A DNA stretch of 64,000 nucleotides from positions 672,001 through 736,000 of the forward strand of contig CBDBCF010000002.1 in NCBI GenBank assembly GCA_965202985.1, given 5' to 3'. Source of the DNA: Longimicrobiales bacterium (GTDB lineage: Bacteria > Gemmatimonadota > Gemmatimonadetes > Longimicrobiales > Gaopeijiaceae). Of this stretch, positions 42,198-53,300 are shown piece by piece (within the stretch, counting starts at the first letter, position 1; every line of letters begins with the position of its first letter). Made by a program: the position numbers and the translations under genes. Under the pieces are notes generated by a model. It searched no databases. It saw only the letters and a list, made by a program, of their open reading frames with translations, and was not told the DNA's origin.

Positions 42198-43778
42198 CTA
42201 CATCCCCCAGACCGCGATCTCGACACCGCTCTCGGCGGTCCGCCTGTCCCGGAACACCTTCTCGTCCCAGCTGCGCGCCGCGCCGCGGTCGAAGACAACC
42301 AAGTGCCCCGCCTCCGCGCGACAGAGGTCCATGTAAGCAGCGGTCTGCTCCACGCCCTCCGCCACCGTTCGCTCCAGACGCCGGCCCTCGTGCCGCACCT
42401 TGCACTCCACCACGTACTTGCGCACCACCTCGCCCTCCGGCCACTCGATCAGCAGGTCCGCGCGGCGGCGGCCCAGTCCGTGCTCCCGGCCGACCCGGCC
42501 GCCGCTGTTCACGATCCGTTGCAGGAACGCCTGCAACAACAAGTGCGGCCCTGCCTCCTTGTACTCGAACCGCTCGACCCAGCTCTGCGCGTTCTCCCGG
42601 AAGAACTCCTGGAACCGGGCCAGCAACTTCTCCAGCCGCAGGGCGCCTCCCGCGTCCACGTACCACGCCGGATCGTCCTGAATCTTCATCTGAGTCGGCC
42701 ACGTCAGTTGCCGGGGCACCACTTCCGCATAGATCGGATTCGCCAACCGAAGCGGCGGGTCCCGGGCAATCAGGCCCAGGTCCTGCACGTACTCGATGTC
42801 GTCGGCGGTCGACTCGAACCCGTCTCCGCCCACCAGGAGCGGCTCGATCACCCGCCGTACCCGGCCTTCCTTCAGCTTGTCGGTCAGCTGATCCAAGTGC
42901 GTGTCGCGTCGCAGGATCAGCGTCTCCTTGGCCGCCAGCACATCCGCCCGGGTCACGGCACGCGAGCGGTCCACCTCCAACTCGCCTCGAAAGCACATCT
43001 CGTAGGCCAGCGCGTTCACCAGCCATGGTTGGCCTTGGGTCTGGGTCCACACTGCCTCCGGGGCGCCGTCCGCGAACGGCTGGCCCGTTTCGTCGGTGTG
43101 CTGAGCAAGCAGGGCGAGTACTTCGTGCCGCGAGAAGTCGCCCATGCGCAGGGACTCGGCCTTGATGTTGAACGCGCTGCCGCCGGCAACCATCGTGTTG
43201 GCCGAACCCGAGTGGATGCGGTAGTCGCGCACATCCCGAACCCCGCACAAGATCACGCTCTGGGGAAAGCCGTCCGGACGCAGATGGTAGCCCGCCCGCA
43301 ACTGTCGCAAGACTGCCAGGAGCGAGTCGCCCACCAGTGAATCGACCTCGTCGATCAGCAGCACGAGGGGCTTCTCGCTGGCCTCGGACCATTGGGTCAG
43401 GGCCGCCCCCAGCGCTCCGGCTCCGAACTCGGCCGCAATGCGGGACCACTCGTCCAACAGGAAGTCGTCGTCCGTCGCTCGCCGAGCGCCCAAGGCCATC
43501 TGGCCCAGGATGACCTTGGTCGCCCGCTCTACGTCTTCGCGCATCGCCTGTCCCGCTTCCACGTTGACGTAGACGCAACGGTGGCGGCCCTCGGCGTTCA
43601 GCAGGTCCTGAAGAGCCAAGAGGGCGGAGGTCTTCCCCGTTTGCCGGGGCGCGTGAAGTACGAAGTACTGCTTTTCTGCGATCAGCTTGCGGACCTCGGC
43701 AAGGTCGAGCCGATCGAGGGGCGGGATGCAGTAGTGGTCCCGCGTCGCAACTGGGCCAGACTTGTTGAATCGGCGCAT
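42198..43778 (-). CDS. AAA ATPase with C-terminal PD-(D/E)XK-like nuclease domain
   Basis: FNKSGP, Walker A HAPRQTGKTS, Walker B LLIDEVD, GQPWLVN, C-terminal REHGLGRRRADL..VVECK. Confidence 0.85.
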   Translation of the reverse strand: MRRFNKSGPVATRDHYCIPPLDRLDLAEVRKLIAEKQYFVLHAPRQTGKTSALLALQDLLNAEGRHRCVYVNVEAGQAMREDVERATKVILGQMALGARRATDDDFLLDEWSRIAAEFGAGALGAALTQWSEASEKPLVLLIDEVDSLVGDSLLAVLRQLRAGYHLRPDGFPQSVILCGVRDVRDYRIHSGSANTMVAGGSAFNIKAESLRMGDFSRHEVLALLAQHTDETGQPFADGAPEAVWTQTQGQPWLVNALAYEMCFRGELEVDRSRAVTRADVLAAKETLILRRDTHLDQLTDKLKEGRVRRVIEPLLVGGDGFESTADDIEYVQDLGLIARDPPLRLANPIYAEVVPRQLTWPTQMKIQDDPAWYVDAGGALRLEKLLARFQEFFRENAQSWVERFEYKEAGPHLLLQAFLQRIVNSGGRVGREHGLGRRRADLLIEWPEGEVVRKYVVECKVRHEGRRLERTVAEGVEQTAAYMDLCRAEAGHLVVFDRGAARSWDEKVFRDRRTAESGVEIAVWGM

Positions 43779-43800
43779 CTCGACGTTACCCGAGTCTGGC

Positions 43801-44073
43801 CTACGCCGCCCTCAGGAAGCGTCGGCAGAGTTGTGCGACGCGGTCGTCGCCCTCAACCTCGGCCCGTTTCAGGATGCACTGAACATGGGGCACCAGGCGG
43901 CGCTCTCCCCAACTGAAACCGGTGGCCAGTTCCGCGCTCCTCGTGTCGCCTTCGTTGGCGCCGGCGATGAGCGCCAAGGCGCATGCTTCGTCGAAGTACG
44001 ACGAGCCGGGCTCGGGGAGGTGGTACTTGCGAGGCCGATCGTCCCGGTCCTCCTTTACGAATGCTCTGGACAT
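43801..44073 (-). CDS. 90-aa hypothetical protein beginning MSRAFVKE
   Basis: AAGGAG RBS; 3' portion of ORF 43801..44745. Confidence 0.65.
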   Translation of the reverse strand: MSRAFVKEDRDDRPRKYHLPEPGSSYFDEACALALIAGANEGDTRSAELATGFSWGERRLVPHVQCILKRAEVEGDDRVAQLCRRFLRAA

Positions 44074-44201
44074 GCACGGCCACCACTCCTTGGGTCCCGG
44101 AGCACCGCCCCCATGGCGCTGCCGCCGCCGACAGCCCAACCTGGGCGCTCGCCTCATGTCCGCGCAACTCCGGCGGCGACGCCGGGAGGACCCGTCGCGT
44201 C

Positions 44202-45248
44202 CTAACCCACGGTCGTGATCATCTCGAAGATGGGGAGGTACATGGCGACGATCATGCCGCCGACCAGGACGCCCAGGACGAGGATCATGGCCGGCTCCAG
44301 GGCGGCCAGGAGGGCTTCCACGGCGGCGTCCACCTCTTGGTCGTGGAAGTCGGCGACTCGGGCGAGCATCTCGTCCAGGGCGCCGGTCTGCTCGCCGACG
44401 TCGATCATCTGGACGACCACGGGCGGGAAGACGCCGGATTCGGCCAGGGGGCTGGCGATGGTGTCGCCGGCGGCGATCGAGGCGCGAGAGCGCATGACGG
44501 CGTCGTGGACGACTCGGTTGCCTGCCGTCTTGGCGGTGGCCTGGAGTCCGTCCAGGATGGGCACGCCCGACGCCACGAGGGTTCCCAAGGTGCGGGTGAA
44601 GCGGGACACGGCGGCCTTGCGGAGCAGGTTGCCGAGGACGGGAACGCCCAGGGCGAAGCGGTCCGCTGCCAGGCGTCCGCCGTCGGTTCGGTAGGCGCGG
44701 GCCAGGGCGACGACCGCCAGGACGCACACGCCCAACACCATCCACCAGCGTTCCTTTACGAGGTCCGACGCGCCGATCACCATGCGCGTGGGGAACGGCA
44801 GGGGCACGCCGGCGGACGCAAACATCTGTTCGAACGTGGGGACCACGGCCACCAGCATGACGACGACGGCGGGCACGGTGACGGCCACGATCATCGCCGG
44901 GTACACGGTTGCGCTTCGCACCCGGCGCGCGAGCGCGGCATGCTTCTCCATGAAGTCGGCCAGCCGGGCCAGGATCGTGTCCAGCGCGCCGCCGGCTTCG
45001 CCCGCGGCCACCATGTCCACGGCGACGCCGGAGAACACCCGCCGGTGACGACCCATGGCGTCGGCCAGGGTGCGGCCCGACTCCACGTCCGACAGCATCC
45101 GGCGAACCACGCGGCGCAGGTTCTCGTTCCGGGTCTGGCGGGCCAGCGCGTCCAGGCTCTGCACGAGGGGCAGGCCCGCGCCGATCATCGTCGCGAACAG
45201 GCGGACGAACACGACGATCTCGCGGTGGGGAACGCGCGTCCGGCTCAC
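44202..45248 (-). CDS. pilC: Type IV pilus platform protein (PilC/GspF family), short N-terminus
   Basis: LFATMIGAGLPLVQSL, MVAAGEAGGALD..L, SRFTRTLGTLVASGVPILDGL, MIDVGEQTGALDEML, AMYLPIF; GTGA overlap with pilT. Confidence 0.9.
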   Translation of the reverse strand: MSRTRVPHREIVVFVRLFATMIGAGLPLVQSLDALARQTRNENLRRVVRRMLSDVESGRTLADAMGRHRRVFSGVAVDMVAAGEAGGALDTILARLADFMEKHAALARRVRSATVYPAMIVAVTVPAVVVMLVAVVPTFEQMFASAGVPLPFPTRMVIGASDLVKERWWMVLGVCVLAVVALARAYRTDGGRLAADRFALGVPVLGNLLRKAAVSRFTRTLGTLVASGVPILDGLQATAKTAGNRVVHDAVMRSRASIAAGDTIASPLAESGVFPPVVVQMIDVGEQTGALDEMLARVADFHDQEVDAAVEALLAALEPAMILVLGVLVGGMIVAMYLPIFEMITTVG

Positions 45249-46387
45249 GGTCGCCCGCCCAGGTACGCGCCGTGGTCGAAGCCTTCGGGGGCCGGTTCGC
45301 CGACGGCTCGGAGCAGCGCGGCCGGGTCGCCGCTGCGCTTGAGGGCCTCTTCCAGCAACACTTCGCCGTTCAGGTAGAGGCCGGCCAGCGCGTCTTCCAT
45401 GGTCTGCATGCCGTGCTTGCGGCCGGCTTGCATGAGCGACGGTATCTGGTGCGCGCGCTCGTCTCGGATCACGGCCCGCACCGCCGGCGTGCACACGAGC
45501 ACCTCGGCCGCCGCGGCCCGGCCCCGCTTGTCGGCGCGAGGAACCAGCACCTGCGTCACAACGCCCTGGAGGACGGCGGCCAGCTGGGCGCGGATCAGCG
45601 CCTGCCGCCCGACGGGGAAGGCGTCAACGATGCGGTTGACCGACTCGGCGGCGGAGCCGGTGTGGAGGGTGGCCAGCACCAGGTGGCCCGTTTCGGCGGC
45701 GGCCAGGGCGGCGCCCATCGTCTCCGCGTCGCGCATCTCGCCCACCAGGATCACGTCCGGGTCTTGGCGGAGGGCGTGCTTGAGCGCGGCGGCGAAGTTG
45801 GGGGTGTCGTCGCCCACCTGCCGCTGGTTGACGATGCACTTCCGGTGCTGGTGGACGAACTCGATCGGGTCCTCCACGGTGACGACGTGGCCTCGGCGCT
45901 CGTCGTTGATGGCGTCCACGATGGCGGCCAGCGTGGTGGACTTGCCCGAGCCCGACGGCCCCGTGACCAGAACCAGCCCCCAGGGGCGGCGGGCTAAGGC
46001 GTGCACCGCGGGCGGGAGGCCCAGGTCGCCCAGCGCGGGCGGGCGGAACGGGATCCGCCGCACGACCACGGCGGGACGGCCCTGCTGACGGAAGCAGGCG
46101 CCTCGGAAGCGGGCCAACGTCGGGACGGCGAAGGCGAAGTCCACATCGCGTCCGGCGTCGAGGCGGAGCTGCTGGTCGTCGTCCAGCAACGCGCGAACCA
46201 GGTGTTCGAGATCGTCGGCCCGGAGCGGACTGTCCGACTCGGCCCCCGTCAGCGCGCCGTCGATGCGGAGCTTGGGGGGCTGGCCGACGGTCAGGTGAAG
46301 GTCCGAAGCGTCGCGCCGGACCATTTCGCCGAGTAGCGGTTCCAGTGTCGGAGGAATCGGTGTGGACGAGTTGGTGGACGGATTCAC
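45245..46387 (-). CDS. pilT: Type IV pilus retraction ATPase
   Basis: ASDLHL, GPSGSGKSTT, TVEDPIEF, LRQDPDVILVGEMRD, AETGHLVLATLHT, AVRAVIRD (AIRNLIRE-like), GMQTM. Confidence 0.93.
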   Translation of the reverse strand: MNPSTNSSTPIPPTLEPLLGEMVRRDASDLHLTVGQPPKLRIDGALTGAESDSPLRADDLEHLVRALLDDDQQLRLDAGRDVDFAFAVPTLARFRGACFRQQGRPAVVVRRIPFRPPALGDLGLPPAVHALARRPWGLVLVTGPSGSGKSTTLAAIVDAINDERRGHVVTVEDPIEFVHQHRKCIVNQRQVGDDTPNFAAALKHALRQDPDVILVGEMRDAETMGAALAAAETGHLVLATLHTGSAAESVNRIVDAFPVGRQALIRAQLAAVLQGVVTQVLVPRADKRGRAAAAEVLVCTPAVRAVIRDERAHQIPSLMQAGRKHGMQTMEDALAGLYLNGEVLLEEALKRSGDPAALLRAVGEPAPEGFDHGAYLGGRP

Positions 46388-46504
46388 GAGGGGACTCCTT
46401 GTGGGAAGAAGGGCGACGATGGATTGCGGTCTATTCGGAAGCGGCCGCGCAGCGGCAGGCTGGGGCGGTGGACGGCGGCGAGCAGGGGCGGCGACGGACC
46501 AACG

Positions 46505-47206
46505 TCAGCGCCCGACGCTCACCAGCGGCGCAAGACGGGCGAAGGTCTTGTCGCCGATGCCGGACACCTTCTTCAGGTCCTCGGGCACCACGAAGCGGCC
46601 GTGCTGATCGCGATACTCCACGATGCGCCTGGCCAGGGCCGGCCCGATCCCGGGCAACGAATCCAGTTGAGCGATGGTGGCCCGGTTCAGGTCCACGGGG
46701 CTGCCGCCGGGGCTGGTCGCGACGCGGTTCGGGGGCGCACGGGAGACGGGGGGCGCAAATCCGCTCGGGGACGCGCGCGAGAAGGGCGCCGTTCGTCCGG
46801 AGGCCGTGCGGGGGTCGAAGCGCAGGAACGGCTCCAGTCGCTCGACCGAACTCGGTCCCACGCCGGGGACGCGCGCCAACTCCGCGACGGTCGCGAAGGG
46901 GCCGTTAGCTTGGCGGTCCTCGACGATGCGGCGGGCTATCGACGCGCCGACCCCGGGGAGACGGTCGAGCTCCTCTTCCCCCGCCGCGTTGGGGTCGATC
47001 GTTTCGCCGGCAGCCAGCGGACGGCTGCGGCGTTCCTTTTCCTTGGCCGCGGAATCGCCGGCCGCCGAGAGGCTGTCCGCAATGGAATGGCGGCCCTCGA
47101 GGGGCGGGTCGGCGGGCACGTGGGCGGTCAGGACGAACCGGACGGCGGCTGCGCCCAGCAGGATCAGGGATGCGCGCGTCATGCTCTTGCGTTCTCTGTC
47201 GGTCAC
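46505..47206 (-). CDS. comEA: ComEA-like DNA-binding protein with two helix-hairpin-helix regions
   Basis: TM anchor; IDPNAA..LDRLPGVG and VDLNRA..LDSLPGIGP..VSGIG. Confidence 0.85.
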   Translation of the reverse strand: MTDRERKSMTRASLILLGAAAVRFVLTAHVPADPPLEGRHSIADSLSAAGDSAAKEKERRSRPLAAGETIDPNAAGEEELDRLPGVGASIARRIVEDRQANGPFATVAELARVPGVGPSSVERLEPFLRFDPRTASGRTAPFSRASPSGFAPPVSRAPPNRVATSPGGSPVDLNRATIAQLDSLPGIGPALARRIVEYRDQHGRFVVPEDLKKVSGIGDKTFARLAPLVSVGR

Positions 47207-47359
47207 GGGGTCCTCGCAGGGTCGCAGGGGGGCGGACGAACCGGGGCCGGGAAGGCCGGACAGAGAAGCTTCGCGCCGAAAAATGGGCGTTTACATGGTT
47301 GAATCGGCCTCACTTTTCCGGCGGGCTGGAGGGCGGCCCGGCAAGGGGCGCGGCGGCCT

Positions 47360-50300
47360 TCAGGAAGCGCCTGGAATCAACCCCGCCGTGAGGAGGAAGT
47401 GGCCGAAGACGTTCATCTGCAGCTGGGTCGTGCCGGCGCGGCGGCCGACGAAGGAGCGTCGGTCCAGGTAGCGGAGCCGCACCCCCAGCTGGAAATCGCG
47501 AACCTGCGAGTCGACCGACACGGAAGCGGCCCGCTCCAGCTGGTCGATGAACGACACGCATGCGGCGGCGCCCTCAATGCCGACACCGGCGACCCGGCAC
47601 TGGACCTCGTCCGTGTAGCCCACGTCCAGGACGATCCGCAGGGGCGCCCCCCGTCTGCTGAACGCCGGCAGGGGAGACGCCAGCCGGGCCGAGAGGGCGA
47701 AGGCGTGGCTGTTGGCGCGGCGCCGGGTGTCGCCCGTCGGATCCGAACTCTCGCCCCGGCCCAAACGGCCCCGGTACGTCAGGGCGAACCCGCGGGGGAA
47801 GCCCAGGGACAGCGACATCGGCACTTCGCGGTCCTCCCGCGTGCGGTCCTGCCGCGCAACGGCCCCGAACGCCAGGGCGCGGCGCTCCTTCCGATACCCG
47901 GTCCCCGCCGACACGCGCTCGACCGCCGCCGAGAGCCAGCCGGGCAGAATCAAGTTCGCGATCTCCGCCCGCACGTCGGGCCACACCTGGCGCAGGACCT
48001 CGCGGTCGGAGCGCGTGTCCAGCGTCTCGTTCAGGGAACGGTCGTAGGCCAGGCCCACCGACGCCGAGCCCGGCAGGCGCAGCCCCCCGCGCACCTGCAC
48101 GCGGTCCCGCTCGCCCAGCGTGGCCGCAGTGTCGGCCCCGATCCGCATGAACCGTTCGCGCCCGCCCCACCCCAGCTCGTACAGGAGCCCCGGGTCCACC
48201 GGGTCGCGATCGAAGCGCGAGGCCACCCCCCGCGACCACGTGACCGACAGCGGGTCCATGGCGTCCGACCACCACCGCGCGAACGGCCCGCGCTCCGCGC
48301 CTTCGCCGGCCAGCCGCCCCGGGTCCAAGGCGAACGCGGCCACCAGATCGCGCCGGCCGTTCACGTTGCGCAGCAGCGTCCGAGCCGTGTCCGACCGCGC
48401 GCGCCCTTCCCCGCTCCGCCGGCCCACCAAGTCCGGGTTCCGCTCGGACACGTAGTCGGTGTTCGCCTGCACCGAAGCCCGAATCCAGTCCGCCAAGCGG
48501 GGGCGGTACGCCAGCCGGGTGCGCAGCCGGCGGTCCACCTCCCACCCCCAGTCGATCCCCGCAAAGCGCCTCCGCTCCGCTTCGACCAGCGCCTGGACAT
48601 CGGCTCCGGACGCCAGCCGGTGCGACGCCAGAAGGTCCCGTCCGCTGACGAAGTCGGCTTCGGCGGTCACCGACTCCACGGGGCGCAGCGCGATCCGCGC
48701 CACGGCGGTCAGCACCCGGCGCGGGGCCTCCTTGGCCACGGCGGCACTGTCGGCGTCGGTGCGGATGATGCGGTCGAAGCGGGTGGTGTGCAGGTCCCGG
48801 CTCAGGTACTCGGTTTCGACGGCGAGGCTCTCGGGCGTCCAGCGCAGGCGCGCGCCCGCGATCCGATCCTCCACGAACGCGGGCAGGAGCGCGCGCACGA
48901 TCTCGCCCGCTCGCCCGGGGAATAGGGGCACATCGCGTCTAGGAGGGGCGGCCCGGTAGCCGGCGAACAGGTCGGCGCCGTCGCCGTCGCTCTCGGTGGT
49001 GATGTCCTGCAACGATGAACGCACCCACCCGGCCCGCACGTCGAACCCGCCTAGCAAGGCGTTCCAGAAGCCGCCGCCTTCCGGGCTCCGCCGACGCAGC
49101 GCGAAGTCGAGTCGAGTCCTTCCGAAGCCGGGGGTCCGCAGCCCCGCCAGACGGTCGGCCCGCACGTCGCTTCGGTTCAAGAAGACAGGGGCTCGGGACT
49201 CGCGCTGGTGAGCAACGACCAGCGGCGCCTCCAGTCCCCAGCCGGCAGGGGCGAAGCGGCCCATCTGCAACGTGGCGGCCAAGTCCACGGACTGGTCGTT
49301 CTGGAAGCTGGGCGACCCCCGGAGCTGCCTGAAGAACCCTCCCCGGCTGCGGTACGAGGCCCGCGCGTCCAAGAACTCGCCGCCCTCCACGCGCGCGTCG
49401 ACCGCGGACACCACGCCGGCGTCGCGCAGCCCTCGCGCCAGCCGCAGTTCGTCCACCCACACCTCGCCGGAGGCAACGCTGCCGGTCTCGTTCGCCACGC
49501 CCAGGCTGATCTCGCGCACCGACGCCAGGTTCGGCGCTCGACCCCGGTCCTGGAGGACCACGGCGTAGGCGGAGTCGGCGGACCAGATGACCAAGGGCGG
49601 GTCTCGGGCCGAGCGGGGCTCCAGGATCAGCTGCTCCTCGGCGCGGCGGCGCAGCTCCAGCCAAGGCTCGAACTCCACCACCACCTCGGGCAGCCAGTCC
49701 TCTTGGCGGAGGGGGCCGGGAGCGCGGGACGGGGGCAGTCGCGTGCGGTACAGGTAGAAGTTCCGGTCGTCGGTCCCGACCTTCAGGAAGAACCACGCCG
49801 CCACGTTCGGTCCCGTCTCGCCCCTCACCGGCGCCACCCAAAGGCGCGCCTCGCGGTACGACAGGAAGTCGCGGGGCCGCTGCGGGAACCGGTTGTAGAC
49901 CTCCACGCGGGCGCCCGGCGGCACGTCCTCGAACGACAGGGCCAGAGAACGCTCGTTGAACTCGATCCCCTGTCCGCCGAACGCCGCCGCCGGGTCGTCG
50001 AGCTGCTCCACGACGCCGGGGGGCGACACGTAGGCGTCGTCGGCCGTGAGCTTGGAGACGGGACCCACCTCCACGCGACCGCCAAGGGCCGCCGTGTCGC
50101 CCGCCAGGCCGGTCAGGACGCCCCCCGGGTAGCGCTTGAGCCACGTGGAGCCGACGATGCCCAGGCGCGCCAGGACGAACGAGTCGCGGCGCCGGCCCGT
50201 CACCGTGAACCGCAGGTGACGCACGGCCCGAAGCTCGGCCTCGCCGATCGTGCCGCCCACGTCCAGGCCTGACGGGTCGCGCAGGGGAACGCGGTAGAGC

Positions 50301-53300
50301 CGGAACCGGGTGCCGGTCTCGTCGCGGTCGCGGACCAAGAACGGCGAGGAGCCGTCCAGAGGCACCACGAACCGCCGGTAGCGCTCCAGCGAGTCCAGGT
50401 TGCCGTCCTCGTCCAAGTCCTCGGAATCGGGTCGGCCGTTGCCCCGCGTGCAGTTGGCGTTGGGATCGCCCAGCCGGTACACGCGGGCCCGCTCGGCAAA
50501 GCAGTCCTCGTCCCACACGCCGCGCCCGTCGGCCACGTTGCCCCAGACTTCGCCCCGCCGGGGGTCCGCCTCTTGGTCCAGCGTGCCCAGCCCCCAGGGC
50601 ACGCCCGAGCCGGGCTTGACGCCGTTCACCGCGCCCGTGGAATCCGCGAAGAAGGCGTCCTCGCTCACCACGCCCACATCCAGGACCAGGCCGAGGAAGT
50701 CGCCGTCGCGCACGTAGAACTCCACGAAGTCGCTCTTGGTCAGGTCGGACCCCGTGGGGCTCAGCACGGTGGTGATCGAAGCCCACGCGCCGGGCCCCGA
50801 CCGGTCCCCGCTGGCGGGCTGGAAGCGCACATGCAGGCCCGGCTCCCGGACGGCGCTTCCCGTGATCCGGATCTGCTGGTCGATGTCGGCGCTGGGGTTG
50901 AAGCCCTGGAAGACGCCCAAACTGTCGCCGGCGGCGCTCTCGTCGATCCACGTGTGCTGCCAAGCCAGCGCGGCCAAGCTGGCAGGGGACATCTCCGGCG
51001 GAAGCACCTGTTCCGCCCCGTCGCGGGACGCCGGGCGGCTTCCGCGTCGCCAGTCCTGGTCGCGCAACGACAGGGAACGCGCGCTCTGGCCGTCGAAGTC
51101 GTCCACGTACACCTGGCCCTGGACGCTGGGGTTCGGCAGGGAGACGGCCGTCTCGCCCGACAGCCGCACGACGGCGCCGTCGCCCGGGTCCAGCCCAGGC
51201 ACCGCGTCCAGCAGGCGCGCCAGCACCGGCGCGTCGAAGTTCGCGACGCCGTTCAGGCTGCCCAGCCCTACTGCGCCGGCCTCCAAGCCCAGCTGCGGCC
51301 GCCTCACCAGTTCGTCTTCCGCCTGGTAGAGGCCAGTCAGGTTCACGGCGCCGTACTCCCCCAGCTCGTAACGGGCGTCCAGCCCCAAGACCGATGTGGG
51401 CGCCACCTGGAAGAAGCTCCGTTGCTCCCACGACGCTTGCAGCACTCGGTCCGAGTGGGCCGCCAGGAGCCGGTCCGGGTTCACCAGCACGAGCTGCCCC
51501 ACGTCGTAGTCGATCAGATAGTCCACGTCGCGGACCAGCACTTGGTCGCCCAGCGTCACGCGCTCCGTGCCCTCGCGGATGCCCACGGCGCCCAGCGCGA
51601 ACGAAGACGCCGGCCCCGCCCCGCGCACTTCGTAGGACAGGTTCAGCCGAAAGACGCCGCCGTTCTCCCGCTCGAAGGGGTCCGGGTCCCGGTAGATGGC
51701 TTGGTTGCGGTTGGCGCCCAGGATGCGCCGGGCTTCCTCTGCGCCAAGCGACAAGCCGCGAAGGGGGGGCGGCTCCGCGAACGGGGCCAGCGTGGGGAAG
51801 ATCACGAAGGCGCCGGGCACGGGAGGCAGGTCCTCCAACGACTCCAGGCCGGGCCGGTAGACGTGCGACGGGTCCAGTCGGTCGCGGGGGACTTCGTCGT
51901 CCAGCCCGAAGAAGCGCAACCACGTCACGTCGTCTCCGTTGGGCCGGCGGGCGAAGGTACGGCCGCCGCTCGCCTCGCCCAGCGACACGACCAGCTCCAC
52001 CGAGCCGGGGTCCACGTCGTTGGACGAAGAGACTCGGTAGACCTGGTGCATTTCGGTGCGCCACGTGGGCCGGCCCGGCTGGTGCTGGGCGGCCGACGCC
52101 TTGAGCAGCCGAAGTCGCGGACGCCCTCCGGCCCGATGTATGCGCTCCGGATCGTAGGTGCCCACGGTGTCGCCCGACGCCGCGACGTAGGTGACGGCGA
52201 GCATCTCGTCGGGGCCGAGCGGGGTTCGGAGCGCCACCCAGAGCCCGCTGGGGTGCACCAGGTAGTCGGCGCCCGGTCGCAGGTAGCGGAACCACGCCGA
52301 CTCGGTGACCGCGTGCTCGCCCTCGCCGGCAGTGGCGTCCGCCTGGATGTAGCCCTCCACCTGCTGCTGGGCGTAGAGGTCGATCTCCGAGCGGTAGAGC
52401 TGAATCGGGTCGGGGCCGGGGACCACGGCCGCCGGGGCGTCGGACGGGGACAGCGACAGGACGTCCAGATGGGGGTGGGCGTAGAAGGCGGCGGGGTCGA
52501 AGAGGAAGAAGAACTGGCCGTCCACGTAGTCCGCGTCGTCCAGCACCAGCGTGTCGGTGCGGGCGAAGCCGCGGCCCGGGCCGTCCAAGCGGAAGGTGCG
52601 CGACGTGATCTCGCCGCCTTGTTGCGCCCACACCGACTGGACCGTGACGGGACCGGCCTCGAAGGCGGCCTGGAAGCCGAAGTTGCCGGCGGGCACGCCC
52701 TCTCGCAGGAACCGCGAGGGAGGCAAGTCGAACCGCACGTCGCCCACCTCCAGCCGCTGAAGGAATTCGCCCGGCCGGCCCTGGTAGTGGATGTTGAATC
52801 GGTTGGCGCCGGAGAAGGCGCGGGTCTGGTCGTAGTCCACGTCCACCAAGACGCGATCGGCGATCGTGCCGTCGGCGGTGGCGGCGAACTGGATGTCGGG
52901 TCGAAGCCGGGGCAGGAGCGACACTTCGCAGGTGACCTGGACGGTCTCGTCGCAGGGGCGAAATCGGGTCCAGTCGCCGCCCAGCTGGCCCGAACCGCGG
53001 AGGGAGAAGCCCAGGTCGGCGTACTCGGTGCGGAAGCGGGAGGCCTCCGGGGCGCGACGGGCGGGCGAGCGGGGGGAGCCGGGCGGAGGGATGTCGGCGG
53101 GGCCCAAGGTGCGTCCCAGGGCGCCGATGCGAAGGAGCGGGTTTCGGCGCCAGTCGGGGCGTCCCAGGGGGGACAGGGCGAGGGCGGTCGAGTCGGCGGG
53201 CTGCACCAGCGGGGCCAAGTACGGCGGGTAGCGGGGGCCGGGGCCGAGGGGCTCAGCGCCGCCGGGCAGGCGGGTGGCGGGGATGCGGGCGGTTCCGATG

